A stretch of 64,000 nt of DNA from Heptranchias perlo (Eukaryota). A model generated the notes under the pieces. The model did no database searches. It was not told the DNA's origin and was given only the letters and a program-made list of their open reading frames with translations. Numbering within the stretch: position 1 is the first letter of the stretch; each line of letters opens with the position of its first letter. Of the stretch, positions 61,434 through 64,000 are shown in pieces. Position numbers and translations under genes: made by a program. The stretch covers positions 43,958,001-44,022,000 of the forward strand of contig NC_090348.1 of NCBI RefSeq assembly GCF_035084215.1, read 5' to 3'.

Positions 61434-61982
61434 GACTTGCTCTTAGACTCTCCGACTCTCCTCCCGCTCTAGGTCTCTCCTTTTATACTGTGCTCACCTC
61501 TCGGACTCTCCTGCCTCACCTGTGACGTCGCACAGTAGTTGTCTCTTGTTGCAGGTCTGCTGCTGCTTTTTATTCCCCAATCTCAGACTTCTACTCTCAG
61601 GTCCACTGCCGCTCTGGGGAAAAAGTTAGGAAAAGCAAGGCAAAGCAGCGCCTCCTTCCCCCACTTCACTGAACTCCCACACTCACCAAACTCAGTTCAC
61701 ACTGTGTATCCGCACACCGTGCTGTTCGTACTGACAGGCCCCTGTATTTCTACAGTTGAGACTCAGATGAGTCAGGCCTGCCCCACCTTCAAGTACCAGT
61801 TGAATCTAGCTACCCAATTAACTTGCTACAGCAGCTCTCTCTGCTGAAGCCTGACAGAAACTTAAAAATTTAAACTTTAAAATTGAACTTAAACAGTTAA
61901 TAGCAATTGAACTTAAACAGTTGGAAGCAATATGCACTAGATTTTAAAGAGATTAACCCTTAAACTCCCACAAGAAAGGAAG

Positions 61983-64000
61983 GCGACCATTCGGCCCATC
62001 GAGTCTCTGCAAATTCTATGCAAGAGCAATCCAACTAGTCCCACTCCCCCGTCTAACCCAGAGCCCTGCAAATTTTTTCCTTTCAAGTACTTACCCAGTT
62101 CCCTTTTGAAAACCACAATTGAATCTGCCTCAACCACCCCCTCGGGCAGTGCACTCCAGATCCTAGCCACTCGTCTGTTTAAAAAAAAGTTTTTCCTCAT
62201 GTCACCTTAGGTTCTTTTGCCAATCATCTTATATCTATGCCCCCTGGTTATTGACCCTTCTGCCAATGGGAACAGTTTCTCTCTATCTATTCTGACTAGA
62301 CCCTTCATGATTTTAAATACCTCTATCAAATCTCCTTTCAATCTTCTCTGCTCCAAGGAGAACAACCCCAACTTCTCCAGTCTATCCATGTAACTAGAGT
62401 CCCTCATCCCTGGAATCATTCTAATAAATCATTTCTGCACCCTCCCTAAGGCCTTCATATCTTTCCTAAAGTGCGGTGCCCAGAACTGGACGCAATACTC
62501 CAGTTGTGGTTGAACCAGTGTTTTATAAAGGTTCATCATGACTTCCTTGCTTTTGTACTCTATGCCGCTATTCATAAAGCCCAGGATTCCATATGCTTTC
62601 TTAACTGCTTTCTCAACCTGCCCTGCCACCTTCAACAATTCGTGCACATATACCTGCAGATCTCTCTGTTCCTATACCCCTTTTAGAATTGTGCCATATA
62701 ATTTATATTGCCCCTCCTCGTTCTTCCTACCGAAATGTATCACTTCGCATTTTGCTGCATTAAATTTCATCTGCCATGTGTCCGCCCATGTCACCAGCCT
62801 GTCTATATCCTCTTGAAGTCTATCACTATCCTCCTCGCTGTTCACTACATTTCCAAGTTTTGTGTCATCTGCAAATTTGGAAATTGTGCCCTGTACACCC
62901 AAGTCCAAGTCATTAATTAATATATATCAAGAAAAGCAGTGGTCCTAGTACTGACCATTGGGGAACACCACTGTACACCTCCCTCCAACCCGAAAAACAA
63001 CCGTTCACCACTACTCTCTGCTTCCTGTTACTTAGCCAATTTTGTATCCATGCTGCTACTGCCCCCTTTATTCCACGGGCTTCAATCTTGATGACAAGCC
63101 TATTATACGACACGTTATCAAACGCCTTTTGAAAGTCCATATACACCACATCAACCGCATTGCCCTCATCTACCCTCTCTGCTACCTCATCAAAATACTC
63201 TATCAAGTTAGTTAAACACGATTTGCCTTTAACAAATCCATGCTGGCTTTCCCTAAACAATCCACACTTGTCCAAGTGACTGCTAATTCTGTTCCAGATA
63301 ATCGTTTCTAAAAGTTTTCCCACCACCAAGATTAAACTGACAAGCTTATAGTTGCAGGGCTTATCCTTACACCCTTTTTTTGAACAAGGGTGTAACATTT
63401 GCAATTCTCCAGTCCTCTGGCACCACCCCCCATATCTAAGGATGTTTGAAAGATTATGGCCAGTACCTCAGCAATTTCCCCCCTTATTTCCCTCAGCAAC
63501 CTAGGGTGCATCCCATCCGGACTGGGTGAATTATCTACTTGAGGTACAGCCAGCCTTTCTAGTACCTCCTTTATCAATTTTTAGCCCATCCAGTATCTCA
63601 ACTACATCTTCCTTTACTGAGACTATAGCAGCATCTTCTTCCTTGGTAAAGACCGATGCAAAGTACTCATTTAGCATCTCAGCCATGCCCTCTGCCTCCA
63701 TGAGTAGATCTCCTTTTTGGTCCCTGATCGGCCCCATCCCTCCTCTTACTACCCGTTTACTGTTTACATACCTATAGAAGACTTTTGGATTCCCTTTTAT
63801 GTTTACTGCCAATCTATTCTCATACTCTTTCTTTGCCCCTCTTATATCCTTTTTCACTTCCCGTCTGAACTTTCTGTATTCAGCCTGGTTCTCACTTGTG
63901 TTATCAACCTGATATCTGTCATACGCCCCTTTTTTTCTGCTTCATCTTTCTCTCTCTGTCATCCAGGGAGCTCTGGCTTTAGTTGCCCTACCTTTCTCCC
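61983..64000 (-). mobile_element. Older CR1 LINE, RT region with frameshifts; its 3' tip lies at 57119-57148
   Basis: ORF fragments with RT motifs (QHGF, VPQ, KFADDTK); 3' UTR split by the full-length CR1. Confidence 0.9.

Larger units (their letters stand above)
57149..61977 (-). mobile_element. Full-length CR1-clade LINE (ORF1 + APE-RT ORF2)
   Basis: ORF1 60483-61433; ORF2 pieces 59974-60213, 57819-59972 and 57258-57809 with APE (LYLNARS, ITETWL, GDFN, SDH) and RT (FADD) motifs; (ttcttatg)n tail; probable TSD ggaag. Confidence 0.93.

Noticed and set aside
60532-61446. 304-aa + strand ORF
   Set aside because: Antisense shadow of CR1 ORF1 with no independent motifs.

Overview
Vertebrate genomic DNA; the repeat content (many CR1 LINEs, Deu-domain SINEs, Penelope remnants) suggests a cartilaginous fish, which is an inference. 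The window holds the conserved COPG2-MEST-CEP41 block. COPG2 (+): 16 coding exons to the stop, 1104-21677. MEST (-): complete coding region, 11 exons, 40785-25186, 326 aa, tail-to-tail with COPG2. CEP41 (+): first 3 coding exons, ATG at 45316, head-to-head with MEST. All exons were read by hand, have GT-AG boundaries and chain in frame. Introns carry many retroelements, including a near-intact full-length CR1 at 57149-61977. Most notable observations: (1) a CpG-dense 12 x 40-bp array at the likely MEST exon 1/intron 1 junction, each unit carrying a consensus CAG|GTAAG donor; (2) interlocked opposite-strand poly(A) signals predicting a short COPG2/MEST 3' overlap; (3) a young Penelope-type 90-bp palindrome with a minimal hammerhead ribozyme motif on both strands, plus a 53-bp piece of the same element disrupting the full-length CR1; (4) a tRNA-headed element that also carries LINE endonuclease sequence. 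I see no clear evidence of a wholly new system. Repeat boundaries are approximate unless a TSD is given.
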